A stretch of DNA of 61,854 nt from an uncultured Clostridia bacterium (GTDB lineage Bacteria; Bacillota; Clostridia; TANB77; CAG-508): positions 1 to 61,854 of the forward strand of contig CASAUJ010000003.1 of the NCBI GenBank assembly GCA_949118805.1, in the 5' to 3' direction. Position numbers and translations under genes: made by a program. The notes beneath the pieces were generated by a model that saw only the letters and a list, made by a program, of their open reading frames with translations, did no database searches and was not told the origin of the DNA. Below are positions 1 to 9,887 of the stretch, piece by piece; position 1 is the first letter of the stretch, and every line of letters starts with the position of its first letter.

Positions 1-50
1 TGACCCTTCGGGTATGAACCGAATGCTCTAGCCAACTGAGCTACTTCGCC
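1..50 (-). tRNA. tRNA with CAT anticodon (Met/initiator or Ile2 type), 5' part only, truncated by window edge
   Basis: Reverse complement reads GGCGAAGTAGCTCAGTTGGCTAGAGCATTCGGTTCATACCGAAGGGTCA. It has a D-arm (AGCTCAGTTGGCTAGAGC) and an anticodon stem-loop TTCGG/TTCATAC/CCGAA with CAT at positions 34-36. Confidence 0.8.
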
Positions 51-131
51 ATATTAAATAACGTTATTATTATAAAGGTAGTTTTTCCATTTGTCAAGAT
101 AAAAATACAAGAAAATAAAATTTCTCGTATT

Positions 132-482
132 TTATCTTCCTTCTCTTGTCATTTCTCCCTCTTTAGAAACCGTCTCTCCTGCTTTTACTCCTAAAACTTT
201 TCCTTCCTGCTCCTTTTCCTTCATGTCTGCTTGAAATTTTTCTTTCTCAATCTTTCCTTGAGTTTTTCCACCTGTTGTTGGTTTCATTATGTCCTTCTCC
301 ACTTTTTCTAATATTTTAGCTAATTCTTTCGTTACCTCTGGTGGTGCCTCTCTACTTGCTAAAATCTCCTTTATTACCTCTTCTGTTGAAGTCCCTTCCT
401 CTCTTGAAGGACTTATGAATTCTCTTCCAATATCTTTCAAGGTTGCTTTTACATTTCCTTCTATTATCTCTTCTTTTTCCAT
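132..482 (-). CDS. hypothetical Lys/Glu-rich small protein
   Basis: 116-aa ORF from the ORF track. No family recognised. Confidence 0.4.
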   Translation of the reverse strand: MEKEEIIEGNVKATLKDIGREFISPSREEGTSTEEVIKEILASREAPPEVTKELAKILEKVEKDIMKPTTGGKTQGKIEKEKFQADMKEKEQEGKVLGVKAGETVSKEGEMTREGR

Positions 483-582
483 AATTCACCTCAATAAAAA
501 ATTCTATTTTTATAGTACATTCTTATTATAACACAAAAGAACCTGAAAAATCAAGTTCTTTTCCTTTTTCTTCCTCTCGTTT

Positions 583-1647
583 TTAATGAGAAATTCTTTT
601 TTTAAATTCTAATTCTCCCATTTCTGCTGTTGGTACATACCCTGCCTTTGCCTGAATGACATCTGGAATTCGATTTACTACTGAAGCACAAGTTAATTCA
701 ACGGTAGCTGGACGATTAATGATCAATGTTGTATTTGGTTCTCCTATGATTGTCCATTCATTTTTGTCAAAGTCCTCTTTTGCATATACCTTTCCAATAC
801 ACTCACTTTCAATTGTAATTCCTTCTTCCGTTTCTGTCGTTACTACTGCACTCATTCCTGTTGCCATTCCTGCTTTTACTGTCATTCCTAAAGTAGATGA
901 CGCAATATCTTCTGTATGAGTTTGTGGTACTGTTTTTTGGGTTTGACTCTTTACCGTTAATCCTAACTTATCACATAACCATCCATTTACATTCCACATA
1001 TAAGAAGGTAAATATTCTCCTTTTTCAATCAAACTTTGTCTTTCTTCTGCTGAAATTTGATCCACTGATGCAACTTGTTGATCAAATTCCTCTAAAGTTA
1101 ACCCTGCTCCATGTGCTTTTGCAAGTGCTATTCCATAATCTTCTACATTGTAGCTAGAACTTCCTTTTATTTTTTGTATGGTCTGTGTTGATCCAGCCAT
1201 GCTAGAAATTAATTGTCCCCAATAAATATCTTGATAACCACTTCCTGTTATCGTACAATTGGTTTGTTTTGCCATTTCATCTAATTTTTTGGTGATATTC
1301 GGATTCGAATTCATTGGATAAAATGCCTCTTCGCAAGTTGTAATCGCGTTGACTCCTAATTTTGCACATAACATTAAGGCGTCTTCTACATCAGAAATTA
1401 AACTCATCGTTGTTACAATTGCTATATCTGGTTTTGTTTCTCTCATCATATTTTCAGCTTCTTGTAAAGATACTACTTTTACCCCTTTATTTTCTGTCCC
1501 CATTATTTCTCCTATGTCTTTTCCAATCACATCTGGATTTACATCAATTGCCCCTACTATTTCTCCTCCTTTTTCATATACATAACGCATGGTATAAACG
1601 CTCATTTTACCTGTCCCATATTGAACTACTTTGATTTTTTCACTCAT
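583..1647 (-). CDS. NAD(P)-dependent amine dehydrogenase / 2,4-diaminopentanoate dehydrogenase-like (DapB-fold) protein
   Basis: 354 aa. N-terminal Rossmann motif KVVQYGTGKM. Length and layout resemble the DapB-like amine dehydrogenase family. Assignment is from memory of the family only. Confidence 0.5.
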   Translation of the reverse strand: MSEKIKVVQYGTGKMSVYTMRYVYEKGGEIVGAIDVNPDVIGKDIGEIMGTENKGVKVVSLQEAENMMRETKPDIAIVTTMSLISDVEDALMLCAKLGVNAITTCEEAFYPMNSNPNITKKLDEMAKQTNCTITGSGYQDIYWGQLISSMAGSTQTIQKIKGSSSYNVEDYGIALAKAHGAGLTLEEFDQQVASVDQISAEERQSLIEKGEYLPSYMWNVNGWLCDKLGLTVKSQTQKTVPQTHTEDIASSTLGMTVKAGMATGMSAVVTTETEEGITIESECIGKVYAKEDFDKNEWTIIGEPNTTLIINRPATVELTCASVVNRIPDVIQAKAGYVPTAEMGELEFKKRISH

Positions 1648-1736
1648 AAAAAATCACTCCTTCCTTCTTTTTTAATTATGTACTATTTTTTAGTCTTTAT
1701 GCAAGTTTGTGAAAAGCTTTTTTGCTTTCCTACAAA

Positions 1737-2447
1737 TTAATAACAAAATAAATTGCTTTCTAAAATGATACTTAAAATATTGGCACACCTTTTGGATGCG
1801 AACTTCAAATTTTCATCAAAAGTAGAAGCATTTTCTCCATTTGGTGTATCCGAAATACTTCTAATTACAATAAATGGAATATGATCTAAATAACATACCT
1901 GTCCAATTGCTGCACATTCCATGTCTACTACATCGGCATTAAATTTTCCACAAATTTTGTCTTTCATCCAAGAATCGGTACAAAAAATATCTCCTGTTGC
2001 AACTACCCCTAATTTTATTTGATAACTTCTCTCTGGTGCTGACTTAATTATTTTTTCAATTCCTTCCACTAAATTTTCATCACAATAAATGGCTTCTCCT
2101 ACTCCTGTAATATACCCTTTCCTATGTCCAAATGCCGTAATATCAAAATCATGTTGCACCACTTTTTTTCCAATTAAAACATCTCCTATCTTTAATGCTG
2201 GATTAATCGCCCCTCCTGCTCCGAGATTGATTACACCTTGTAATTCAAAATTTTGAATCATGATTTGTGTGGTTCTTGCAGCATTTACTTTTCCAATTCC
2301 ACTTTTTACTAAAATACAATCTTTTCCTTGAATTTTTCCTTTTAAAAATCTTAGATCATAAATAGATTGTATTTCCACTTCTGTCATAATTTTCTCAATG
2401 GCTTCTTTTTCTTCCTCCATGGCAACAATAATCCCTATTTTCTTCAT
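1737..2447 (-). CDS. mtnN: 5'-methylthioadenosine/S-adenosylhomocysteine nucleosidase
   Basis: 236 aa. MKKIGIIVAMEEE start, GIGKVNAA, DMECAAI and SISDTP motifs typical of Pfs/MtnN. Confidence 0.85.
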   Translation of the reverse strand: MKKIGIIVAMEEEKEAIEKIMTEVEIQSIYDLRFLKGKIQGKDCILVKSGIGKVNAARTTQIMIQNFELQGVINLGAGGAINPALKIGDVLIGKKVVQHDFDITAFGHRKGYITGVGEAIYCDENLVEGIEKIIKSAPERSYQIKLGVVATGDIFCTDSWMKDKICGKFNADVVDMECAAIGQVCYLDHIPFIVIRSISDTPNGENASTFDENLKFASKRCANILSIILESNLFCY

Positions 2448-2593
2448 AGGCTCCTCACCCTTTCTTCTTCTAAATTATATACTAAAATAAAAATATTTCA
2501 ATAGGTCTTGTCACTTTTCTCTTTTTAGTGTAATATAATAGTGTTAATTGAAAGAAATGCAAAAAAATAAGAGAAAGGAGTTTTTATATTTTT

Positions 2594-2750
2594 AGCGCCT
2601 GAACACTTCTTTAAAGTGTTGACGAGGTCTAGAGTCATCGAAATTTTCGGCGGATGCTCTAGTGGCTTTAGCTTAAGGTCATAATATTAATCGAAAAAGC
2701 AATAGTAATATTGTAACAAAAATTAATATCATTAAGCTTATATTGCATCC
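2594..2750 (+). ncRNA. glmS ribozyme (GlcN6P-responsive), 5' leader of glmS
   Basis: AGCGCCTGAAC...GTTGACGAGG...CATCGAAATTTTCGGCGGATGCTCTAG...CTTAAGG matches the conserved glmS ribozyme core directly upstream of glmS. The 3' boundary is approximate. Confidence 0.85.
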
Positions 2751-2787
2751 TTTCAATTCCCAATTTATTTTTTAGGAGGATTTAAAA

Positions 2788-4626
2788 ATGTGTGGAATTG
2801 TAGGTTATATAGGAAACCAAAAAGCAAGCCCAATCTTAATTAATGGGCTAATTCGATTGGAATACAGAGGCTATGATTCAGCTGGTATTTCAACCATTGA
2901 AAAAAATAGTCTTTCTATTATGAAAGACAAAGGAAGAGTAAAAAATTTATATCAATTAGAAGGAATTGATTCTTTGACTGGTACAGTTGGTATTGCACAT
3001 ACCAGATGGGCAACTCATGGGAAACCATCACAGGAAAATGCTCATCCTCATATGGACAATAGCAAAACTTTTAGTGTTGTTCATAATGGAATTATTGAAA
3101 ATTATCATGAATTAAGAAAATTCTTAATTGATCATGGTTACACTTTCTATTCTCAAACAGATACGGAAATAATTCCTAATTTAGTACATTATTATTATTC
3201 TAAAGATACGGTTTCAGATGATTTGAAATTTCTACGTGCTTTTCAACATGCTTGTTCTGATTTTAAAGGAAGCTATGGAATTGAAATTATTTGTAAAGAT
3301 TATCCTGATCAAATGATTGTTACTAGAAAAGATAGCCCACTTGTCATTGGAAAAGGAGAAGAAGAAAATTATGTTTCTTCTGATATCCCAGCTATTCTTT
3401 CTTTTACTCGAAATTTTTACTTGCTAAATGATTTTGAATATGCTGTTTTAAGCAGAAATGCTATCTCCTTTTATGATCAAGAATTACAATCTATTGCAAA
3501 AGAAGTCAAACATATTGAATGGAATGCTTCTAGTGCTGAAAAAGATGGCTATGAAGATTTCATGTTAAAAGAAATCTATGAACAACCAACTGCTATCCGT
3601 GAAACCATTGGTGCAAAATTTAGTGAATCTTCTCATTGTGTATTTGATGAATTACCTTTTACCAAAGAATATTTAGCAACTTTAAATAGAATTTACATTA
3701 TTGCTTGTGGTACTGCTATGCATGCTGGTTTAGCAGGAAAGAATACTTTTGAAAAACTTTGTAAAATCTCAACTGAAGTGGATGTTGCTTCTGAATTTCG
3801 TTATCGAAATCCATTAGTTGATGAAAAAACATTATGTATTTTTATCTCTCAATCTGGAGAAACTGCTGATACAATTGCTGCCTTAAAACTATGTAAAGAA
3901 AAAGGAGCCAAAACACTTGCTATTAGCAATGTAATTGGAAGTTCGATTACAAGAGAAGCTGATTATTCTATTTATACTCATGCTGGGCCAGAAATAGCTG
4001 TTGCTTCTACTAAGGCTTATACTTCGCAAGTCATGTTAATTACCATATTAGCTATTTATTTTGCTGAAATCTTAGAATGTAATCAAAATGTGATTACTCC
4101 TTTAAAAAAAGAAATTATGGAATTACCAAAAAAAATAGAAGAAACTTTAACACTAGCAAAATCTATTCAAGATTTTTCCAAAAAAATATATCAAGAAAAA
4201 GATATGTTTTTCTTGGGAAGGGGGATTGATGAAACAGTTGCCAAAGAAGCTTCTTTAAAATTAAAAGAAATTTCTTACATCCATTCGGAAAGTTATCCTG
4301 CTGGTGAATTAAAACATGGTCCTATTGCTTTAATTGAAAATGACATGACTGTAATCAGTATTATAACTGAACCTAATTTAGTTGAAAAAATGATTAGCAA
4401 TATTCAAGAAGTGATTACTCGTGGTGCTAAAACCTTAGTCATCACCAATCAAGAAATCGATGCAAATTTATTTGATAGGATGATAAAAATACCAGAAACT
4501 AGTCCTTTTCTATCTCCTATTTTATCCATTATCCCTTTACAATTATTGTCTTATTATATTTCAAAAGAAAAGGGATTAGATGTTGATAAGCCTAGAAATC
4601 TTGCTAAATCCGTAACAGTTGAATAG
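2788..4626 (+). CDS. glmS: glutamine--fructose-6-phosphate aminotransferase (isomerizing)
   Basis: 612 aa. MCGIVGY N-terminal nucleophile, two SIS domains, C-terminal KSVTVE. RBS AGGAGGA lies upstream. Confidence 0.97.
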   Translation: MCGIVGYIGNQKASPILINGLIRLEYRGYDSAGISTIEKNSLSIMKDKGRVKNLYQLEGIDSLTGTVGIAHTRWATHGKPSQENAHPHMDNSKTFSVVHNGIIENYHELRKFLIDHGYTFYSQTDTEIIPNLVHYYYSKDTVSDDLKFLRAFQHACSDFKGSYGIEIICKDYPDQMIVTRKDSPLVIGKGEEENYVSSDIPAILSFTRNFYLLNDFEYAVLSRNAISFYDQELQSIAKEVKHIEWNASSAEKDGYEDFMLKEIYEQPTAIRETIGAKFSESSHCVFDELPFTKEYLATLNRIYIIACGTAMHAGLAGKNTFEKLCKISTEVDVASEFRYRNPLVDEKTLCIFISQSGETADTIAALKLCKEKGAKTLAISNVIGSSITREADYSIYTHAGPEIAVASTKAYTSQVMLITILAIYFAEILECNQNVITPLKKEIMELPKKIEETLTLAKSIQDFSKKIYQEKDMFFLGRGIDETVAKEASLKLKEISYIHSESYPAGELKHGPIALIENDMTVISIITEPNLVEKMISNIQEVITRGAKTLVITNQEIDANLFDRMIKIPETSPFLSPILSIIPLQLLSYYISKEKGLDVDKPRNLAKSVTVE

Positions 4627-4632
4627 AAAGAA

Positions 4633-5256
4633 ATGAATATGATAGATAAAAAAAGAAAAAAAAAGATTACAAAAGAAAATGCTTTAAAAGTAATGAAAAA
4701 ATACTTAAAAAATATTGATACTGGGCGCATGCAACATTCTTTACGTGTTGCACAAACTAGCAAACGACTCGCTCAAAAATGGGGTTGCTCAAAAGAAGAT
4801 GCTATAATTGCTAGTTTATTACATGATATTGGGAAATCTATGTCAAAAAGAGAAATGTTAAATTTATGTGCTAGAAATGAAATCCCTCTTTATGATTTTG
4901 AAATCTTTGAGACAGCAAAAGCCTTACATGCTAAAGTTGGTTCCTTGATTTTTGAAGAAGAATTTTCAGACGATGATAGGGAAAAGTTTCAATCTATTTC
5001 ACATGCTATTTCTTGTCATGTAGCAGGAGATAGTGAACCAATGTCTCTTTTGGATAAAATTGTTTTTATTGCTGATAATGTAGAACCTAATAGAAATAAT
5101 CATTTTCTTGAGCAAATTTTGTCCAATAAAATTAAAACACCAGATGAATGTATCCGACTTCTTATTTACCATAAAACACAAAAAGCAAAGAATAAGAATT
5201 TAGAATTAAACCCTATGTTAAATGCTACTTTAGAAACGTTAGAAGAAGAAAGATAA
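4633..5256 (+). CDS. yqeK: HD-domain phosphohydrolase, YqeK-like bis(5'-nucleosyl)-tetraphosphatase
   Basis: HSLRVAQTSKRLA...ASLLHDIGK HD motif. Size is about 200 aa. Confidence 0.7.
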   Translation: MNMIDKKRKKKITKENALKVMKKYLKNIDTGRMQHSLRVAQTSKRLAQKWGCSKEDAIIASLLHDIGKSMSKREMLNLCARNEIPLYDFEIFETAKALHAKVGSLIFEEEFSDDDREKFQSISHAISCHVAGDSEPMSLLDKIVFIADNVEPNRNNHFLEQILSNKIKTPDECIRLLIYHKTQKAKNKNLELNPMLNATLETLEEER

Positions 5257-5268
5257 TTTTCGTTTTCA

Positions 5269-5305
5269 CAACAAAGAGCTAGACCAATGGTCTAGCTCTT
5301 TGTTG
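5269..5305. terminator. bidirectional stem-loop between convergent yqeK and a 116-aa ORF
   Basis: CAACAAAGAGCTAGACC-AATG-GTCTAGCTCTTTGTTG perfect hairpin. Confidence 0.6.
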
Positions 5306-5642
5306 CAGGACTTATCATGTACAGTTCTACACTTCCATTTTCTATGTTAAATAAATAGAAGTCATCATAATACACTCCATCCATAATGTAAATTGGCTGT
5401 CCTGTACGAATCTCTAATTTCTTTATGGTTTCTTCCAGTTCCTTTGTCGTGTTACATTTTGCAATGGCTTCCTTTTGTTTCTCTTTCAGCGGTTCAATGG
5501 AATACACTTTAAGCCGTCCTGAACAGATGCAAAAGATGGCCTTTTCATGAAAGGAAAATCCTTCATTTATCTTGGCTACCCGAGCCTCGATTTTAAAACC
5601 AGCCTCTTTTGTTTCCTCTATAAGTCTACCTATTTCCTTCAT
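5292..5642 (-). CDS. hypothetical protein (GC-richer orphan)
   Basis: 116-aa ORF, visibly richer in G/C than its neighbours. It contains two in-frame CGG codons (5514-5516, 5580-5582) that are read straight through. Confidence 0.45.
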   Translation of the reverse strand: MKEIGRLIEETKEAGFKIEARVAKINEGFSFHEKAIFCICSGRLKVYSIEPLKEKQKEAIAKCNTTKELEETIKKLEIRTGQPIYIMDGVYYDDFYLFNIENGSVELYMISPATKS

Positions 5643-5739
5643 GTTTACCTATGTTCCTATATGCTAGGAACTCTCCTTTCTATATTTTTACTATTTTAAT
5701 TTTAACATATTTACATAACATTGTCAATTTTGTAGTTTC

Positions 5740-6010
5740 TTACCCAATTAGTAATTTTACAATGATTAAACAAACAACTCCTGGTAATCCTAATAAACCG
5801 AACCATTACACTTGTAATAAAATTTAAACCTATATGAAATCCCCATGTAGCCCCTATTAGGTTGATTAAAAATATAGCAATACCACCTAAAATAGAATTC
5901 ATTACTAACTTGATTATTTTCTTTAGTGGTAAAATAAAAATTCTTCCAAATACAAAAAGAAAGCAAATACATGCTAAATATGTAAGCAAATTTGTATCCA
6001 TTGTCCCCAC
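5740..6010 (-). CDS. bofA: BofA (inhibitor of pro-sigma-K processing); needs a +1 shift at CGG 5798-5800
   Basis: The N-terminal 70 aa match BofA (two TM segments, GGIAIFLINLIG). After GTT-CGG the zero frame gives unrelated sequence. The +1 frame gives the canonical BofA end GLLGLPGVVCLIIVKLLIG with a stop at 5740-5742. Confidence 0.75.
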
Positions 6011-6064
6011 TCCTAACTTCTTTTATTACCATTTGTATGTTAAAAGTTGGACAAATATTACAAG

Positions 6065-6352
6065 CTATCCTACCTCTTCTTCCTCCCATAGTGAAAATCT
6101 TAAATCATTAATCATATCCACTTCTATTCCTTTTGCTTTTGCTATTTTTATTAAATAATTTAATTTTGCTTGATTGGCTTTTATTTGATACACATAATAA
6201 TCTACTAAATCATCTTGTGCATATTCAAAATTATGATTTGCTATTTTCAACTCTTCCCTTGTTTTAATAATACTTCTAATCAATTCTGTTTCTTTCTCTA
6301 TTTCATTTCTTTCGATAATTAATTCTTCTCTTACATAAGATTCATTTTGCAT
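6065..6352 (-). CDS. YaaL-like DUF2508 protein
   Basis: Short coiled protein (ELIRSIIKTREELKIANHNFEYAQDDLVDYYVYQIKANQAKLNYLIK) adjacent to bofA, as in the Bacillus yaaL-bofA arrangement. The start is chosen at the ATG preceded by AAGGGGAAAG. Confidence 0.65.
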   Translation of the reverse strand: MQNESYVREELIIERNEIEKETELIRSIIKTREELKIANHNFEYAQDDLVDYYVYQIKANQAKLNYLIKIAKAKGIEVDMINDLRFSLWEEEEVG

Positions 6353-6516
6353 AAACTTTCCCCTTTTACTTATCTTTTCCTTTATTATATTCATTTCTCT
6401 ACTTTTTATTCATCTTGCTAAAATTTCATCAAATTTCCTCAAACTACTTGTTTTTTTCGCGATTTTGTAGGATAATATATATGTATGATTATAATTTAAA
6501 AGGGGTAAAATCTTAA

Positions 6517-8850
6517 ATGAAATATATCGATAAATTTTTGAAAAAATTAAATACCAATCGAAACACCTTTGCTACCTATATTCTAACTTTACTTACTGCT
6601 TATATTGTGGTAGATCGTGTGGTAGAAATATTACTTATGATTTTTACTGGTGTTTCTTATTCTTATTGGGGGCCTATTCAATATACTTTAGCTTTGGCTT
6701 GTCCTTGTTTTGCCTTTGCTTTTACACCAAAATCAAAATTTTCTAAAAACAAAGGATATAAGGTTAAACTATTTTATGTATTCTTGATTGCTTTTTATGT
6801 AGTGGCTATCTCTATGATTACACAATGGGTTAATATGGGCATCTGGTTATTCTTACTGTCCATCCCAGACTATACAGAATTAATTACTGAATTTTCTAAC
6901 TTAGTTACACCTGCCCTATCATGGCTTGCTCTATATTTCCCACTTGTTACTGTTTATCCTTTCTTTAAATGGGTTTACTTTGGAATTAATGACAATCCAC
7001 TTAAAGTTCGTTCTATTTGGGACTTTCGTGGAATCGATTTATCCGATAAGAGTGAAGGGCATGGTCCTTATACCTGTGAAGTTTATATCTGTACAGATGA
7101 TGACTACAACCGAACTATCATTATGCCAGAAGCTTCTAGGTATCAATCTTTACTAGTTTGTGGAGGATCTGGAACAGGAAAAACTTCTTTGGTTTATGAA
7201 CCTTTAATGGCAAAAGATATTGAAAGAAAATATTTTTTCCATGAAGCTTCTAAAGAATTAGGCTTTACAGCCTTAAAAACTGGAATCGCCACTTTAAATA
7301 AACCTTATAATAATGATTATTTAAATAAAAATTTCAACTTAAATATGTTAACACCAGTATCTGGAAAAGAAAATCTATTTCATACTTATTTAAAGAAAAT
7401 GATTTTAGGTACCATTGGTGGAAAAACAGTTTATCGTGATTTAGGAATCACTTTAATGGCTCCAGATTATGAAGTAATTAGCCATATGATAGATGTTTGT
7501 AAAAATTTCGGTATGGAATATGATGTAATTGATCCATCTGACAATACTTCAATTGGATTAAATCCTTTTACTTATGACGATCCAGCTAAAATTGCTGTTA
7601 TGATCTCTTCGATTCTAAAAACCATGTTTCTTGCTAGTCATAATGACTCTGAAGAAGCTTACAAAGAAGATGTTTCTATTCAAGCAATTGAAAATGTTAC
7701 TATTTTATTAAAAGAGATTTATCCTAAAATGAATGATGGTGCCCTTCCTAATATGGAAGATCTACTAAAATTATTTACCAATTTTGAATTGATTGAAAAA
7801 ATGTGTGAAATTATGGCACATGATGAAGAATTAAAAGAAAAGTATTCTATTCCAATTACTTATTTTAAAAAATATTTTTACAAAGATGCTCCTGGAAAAC
7901 AAGAAATTGAAAAATACATCTATACTGCTGTTAGTCAATTAGATAACTTATTAAGAATTCCAGGAATTAAACCAATTTTATGCAATAGACATCATAATGT
8001 AAATTTCGATCAATTCTTAGAAGAAGGAAAAATAACCTTTATTTGTACAAGACGAGGAGATTTAGGTGCTGCTGGACATAAAGCCTTTGGTTTATTTTAC
8101 TTAATTTCTATGCAAAATGCAGTATTACGAAGACCTGGAAATGAATCCACTCGTATCCCATATTTCTTATACATTGATGAATTTGCTGATTTTGTTTGCC
8201 GAGCAACAGAGCCAATGTTTACTTTATATAGAAAATTCAAAGTTGCTTCAACCATATCGATTCAAAGTTTATCACAATTAGAGCTTCATGGACAAAAAGA
8301 AAATTATAAAAACCTTATTCTATCTAACTGTGCCAATAAAATTTTTACAGGTAATGCAGAATGGGACGAAATTCAATGGTGGTGCAATGAATTTGGTACA
8401 CACAGAGAATGGGTATATAGCAGTAGTATGGATGGATCCAAATTAGAATATGATCCTAAGGTTTCTGGTGTATCTTGGAAATATGTCGCTACCTTAAAAG
8501 AAGGAAAATTACAAGCATTAACATTAGGAAAATGTGCTTATAAAATTAAAGGAGATAAAGGTTTTTTACAAGCAGGTTGTGGAATTTTCGAATTTTTATC
8601 TGCCAAATACAAAGAACCACAAAAAATAAGATCTTATGACTTTGGAAAATATACAAATGGTTCTATTACTACTTCTGTAACAGATCACGATGATTTAACA
8701 AAGAAAAAATTTGATTTAAAGAATATTGATTTTATGGATGATAAAAATGAATTTGATCCCATCCAAACCGATATAACTGATTCTAATTACTTATTTAATA
8801 ATGATGATGCTATTGTTGTAAATTTAAAAAAAGGAAATAAAGATCAATAA
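6517..8850 (+). CDS. membrane-anchored TraG/TraD/VirD4-like (type IV coupling protein-like) P-loop ATPase
   Basis: 777 aa. Several N-terminal TM helices, Walker A CGGSGTGKTS, Walker B FLYIDEFADF. No other conjugation genes are nearby. Confidence 0.65.
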   Translation: MKYIDKFLKKLNTNRNTFATYILTLLTAYIVVDRVVEILLMIFTGVSYSYWGPIQYTLALACPCFAFAFTPKSKFSKNKGYKVKLFYVFLIAFYVVAISMITQWVNMGIWLFLLSIPDYTELITEFSNLVTPALSWLALYFPLVTVYPFFKWVYFGINDNPLKVRSIWDFRGIDLSDKSEGHGPYTCEVYICTDDDYNRTIIMPEASRYQSLLVCGGSGTGKTSLVYEPLMAKDIERKYFFHEASKELGFTALKTGIATLNKPYNNDYLNKNFNLNMLTPVSGKENLFHTYLKKMILGTIGGKTVYRDLGITLMAPDYEVISHMIDVCKNFGMEYDVIDPSDNTSIGLNPFTYDDPAKIAVMISSILKTMFLASHNDSEEAYKEDVSIQAIENVTILLKEIYPKMNDGALPNMEDLLKLFTNFELIEKMCEIMAHDEELKEKYSIPITYFKKYFYKDAPGKQEIEKYIYTAVSQLDNLLRIPGIKPILCNRHHNVNFDQFLEEGKITFICTRRGDLGAAGHKAFGLFYLISMQNAVLRRPGNESTRIPYFLYIDEFADFVCRATEPMFTLYRKFKVASTISIQSLSQLELHGQKENYKNLILSNCANKIFTGNAEWDEIQWWCNEFGTHREWVYSSSMDGSKLEYDPKVSGVSWKYVATLKEGKLQALTLGKCAYKIKGDKGFLQAGCGIFEFLSAKYKEPQKIRSYDFGKYTNGSITTSVTDHDDLTKKKFDLKNIDFMDDKNEFDPIQTDITDSNYLFNNDDAIVVNLKKGNKDQ

Positions 8851-8882
8851 AAAAAGAAGTTTTCAACTTCTTTTTTTATTTC

Positions 8883-9734
8883 TCATATTGGTAATCCTAT
8901 TAATTCAATTATAATTCCTGCCAATACTCCTATTGTATATAATAATCCTACTATTTTTATATTTTGTTTCATTCCTCGATTCATCTTAAATAGTACTGCT
9001 AGTCCAACTCCTGCCCCCACCAGAAGTCCTGAAATCATAGTAGCAACTGATATTACATTTTCTAAATACATTTGTGCTAAAATAACAGAAGAAGCACAAT
9101 TTGGAATTAACCCTATCATTCCCGCTATTACAGGTCCTAAAATAGGTTGATCTCGTAAAAAGCTTTCTATCGTTTCTTTTCCTATCACATCTATTGCTAA
9201 GTTAATTATTATCGTAACCAATAAAATAAAAATAAAAATATTTAAAGTATGTTTTAAAGATGATCTTACAATTCCATGTTCGCAATGACAATGCTCTTTT
9301 TCACATAAATCAATAATTTTCTCTTCTTCTCTCTCCTTTTTTCTCCATCTCATTCCAAAATCAATTATAAAACCAGCTAACATTGCTACCACTAATTTAA
9401 TTCCCAATATTACTAAAATCGTAGTAATTGGTACAGCCTCTGATAAGAAAACTGGTAACATTTCATCTGATGTAGAAAGATAAACAGCAATTAATGTTCC
9501 TAATGTAATAATCCTTGCTGCATACAAATTAGTAGCCGAAACAGAAAAACCACACTGTGGAAAAATTCCCAATATACTACCTATAAAAGGTCCAAACTTT
9601 CCAGACTTTTCTACAATTTCTTTTGTCCTATGTTTTGTTTTATGTTCAATCAATTCCATTATTAAATAAGTAACAAACAAAAAGGGAAGTAATTTTACAC
9701 TATCTATGATTGCATCCCATAATATATCTACCAT
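8883..9734 (-). CDS. ArsP_2-type putative 10-TM metal/metalloid exporter (permease)
   Basis: MVDILWDAIIDSVKLLPFLFVTYLIMELIEHK N-terminus and a polytopic body with a central His/Cys-rich loop (CEKEHCHCEHG). Start set at the ATG with AAAGGAGA RBS; the ORF-track start at 9767 overlaps the -10 box. Confidence 0.6.
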   Translation of the reverse strand: MVDILWDAIIDSVKLLPFLFVTYLIMELIEHKTKHRTKEIVEKSGKFGPFIGSILGIFPQCGFSVSATNLYAARIITLGTLIAVYLSTSDEMLPVFLSEAVPITTILVILGIKLVVAMLAGFIIDFGMRWRKKEREEEKIIDLCEKEHCHCEHGIVRSSLKHTLNIFIFILLVTIIINLAIDVIGKETIESFLRDQPILGPVIAGMIGLIPNCASSVILAQMYLENVISVATMISGLLVGAGVGLAVLFKMNRGMKQNIKIVGLLYTIGVLAGIIIELIGLPI

Positions 9735-9762
9735 ATCTTGTCTCCTTTTCTTTTGTTTCACT

Positions 9763-9791
9763 ATCATATCACATTTTCAAGTAATGTGCAA
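9763..9791 (-). promoter_or_regulatory. putative sigma-A promoter for the permease gene
   Basis: TTGCAC-17 nt-TATGAT on the minus strand. The -35 box lies inside the left arm of the 95-bp palindrome. Confidence 0.4.
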
Positions 9792-9880
9792 TGGGGACGT
9801 TTCTTTTTTCACATTTAATAGAAATTACTAATATTTTTTAGTATTTATTAAATGTGAAAAAAGAAACGTCCCCATTGCAC
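9786..9880. repeat. perfect 35-bp inverted repeat with 25-nt spacer (95-bp palindromic element)
   Basis: 9786-9820 GTGCAATGGGGACGTTTCTTTTTTCACATTTAATA is the exact reverse complement of 9846-9880. The spacer itself contains TACTAA/TTAGTA. Confidence 0.95.
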
Positions 9881-9887
9881 AGAAAAT

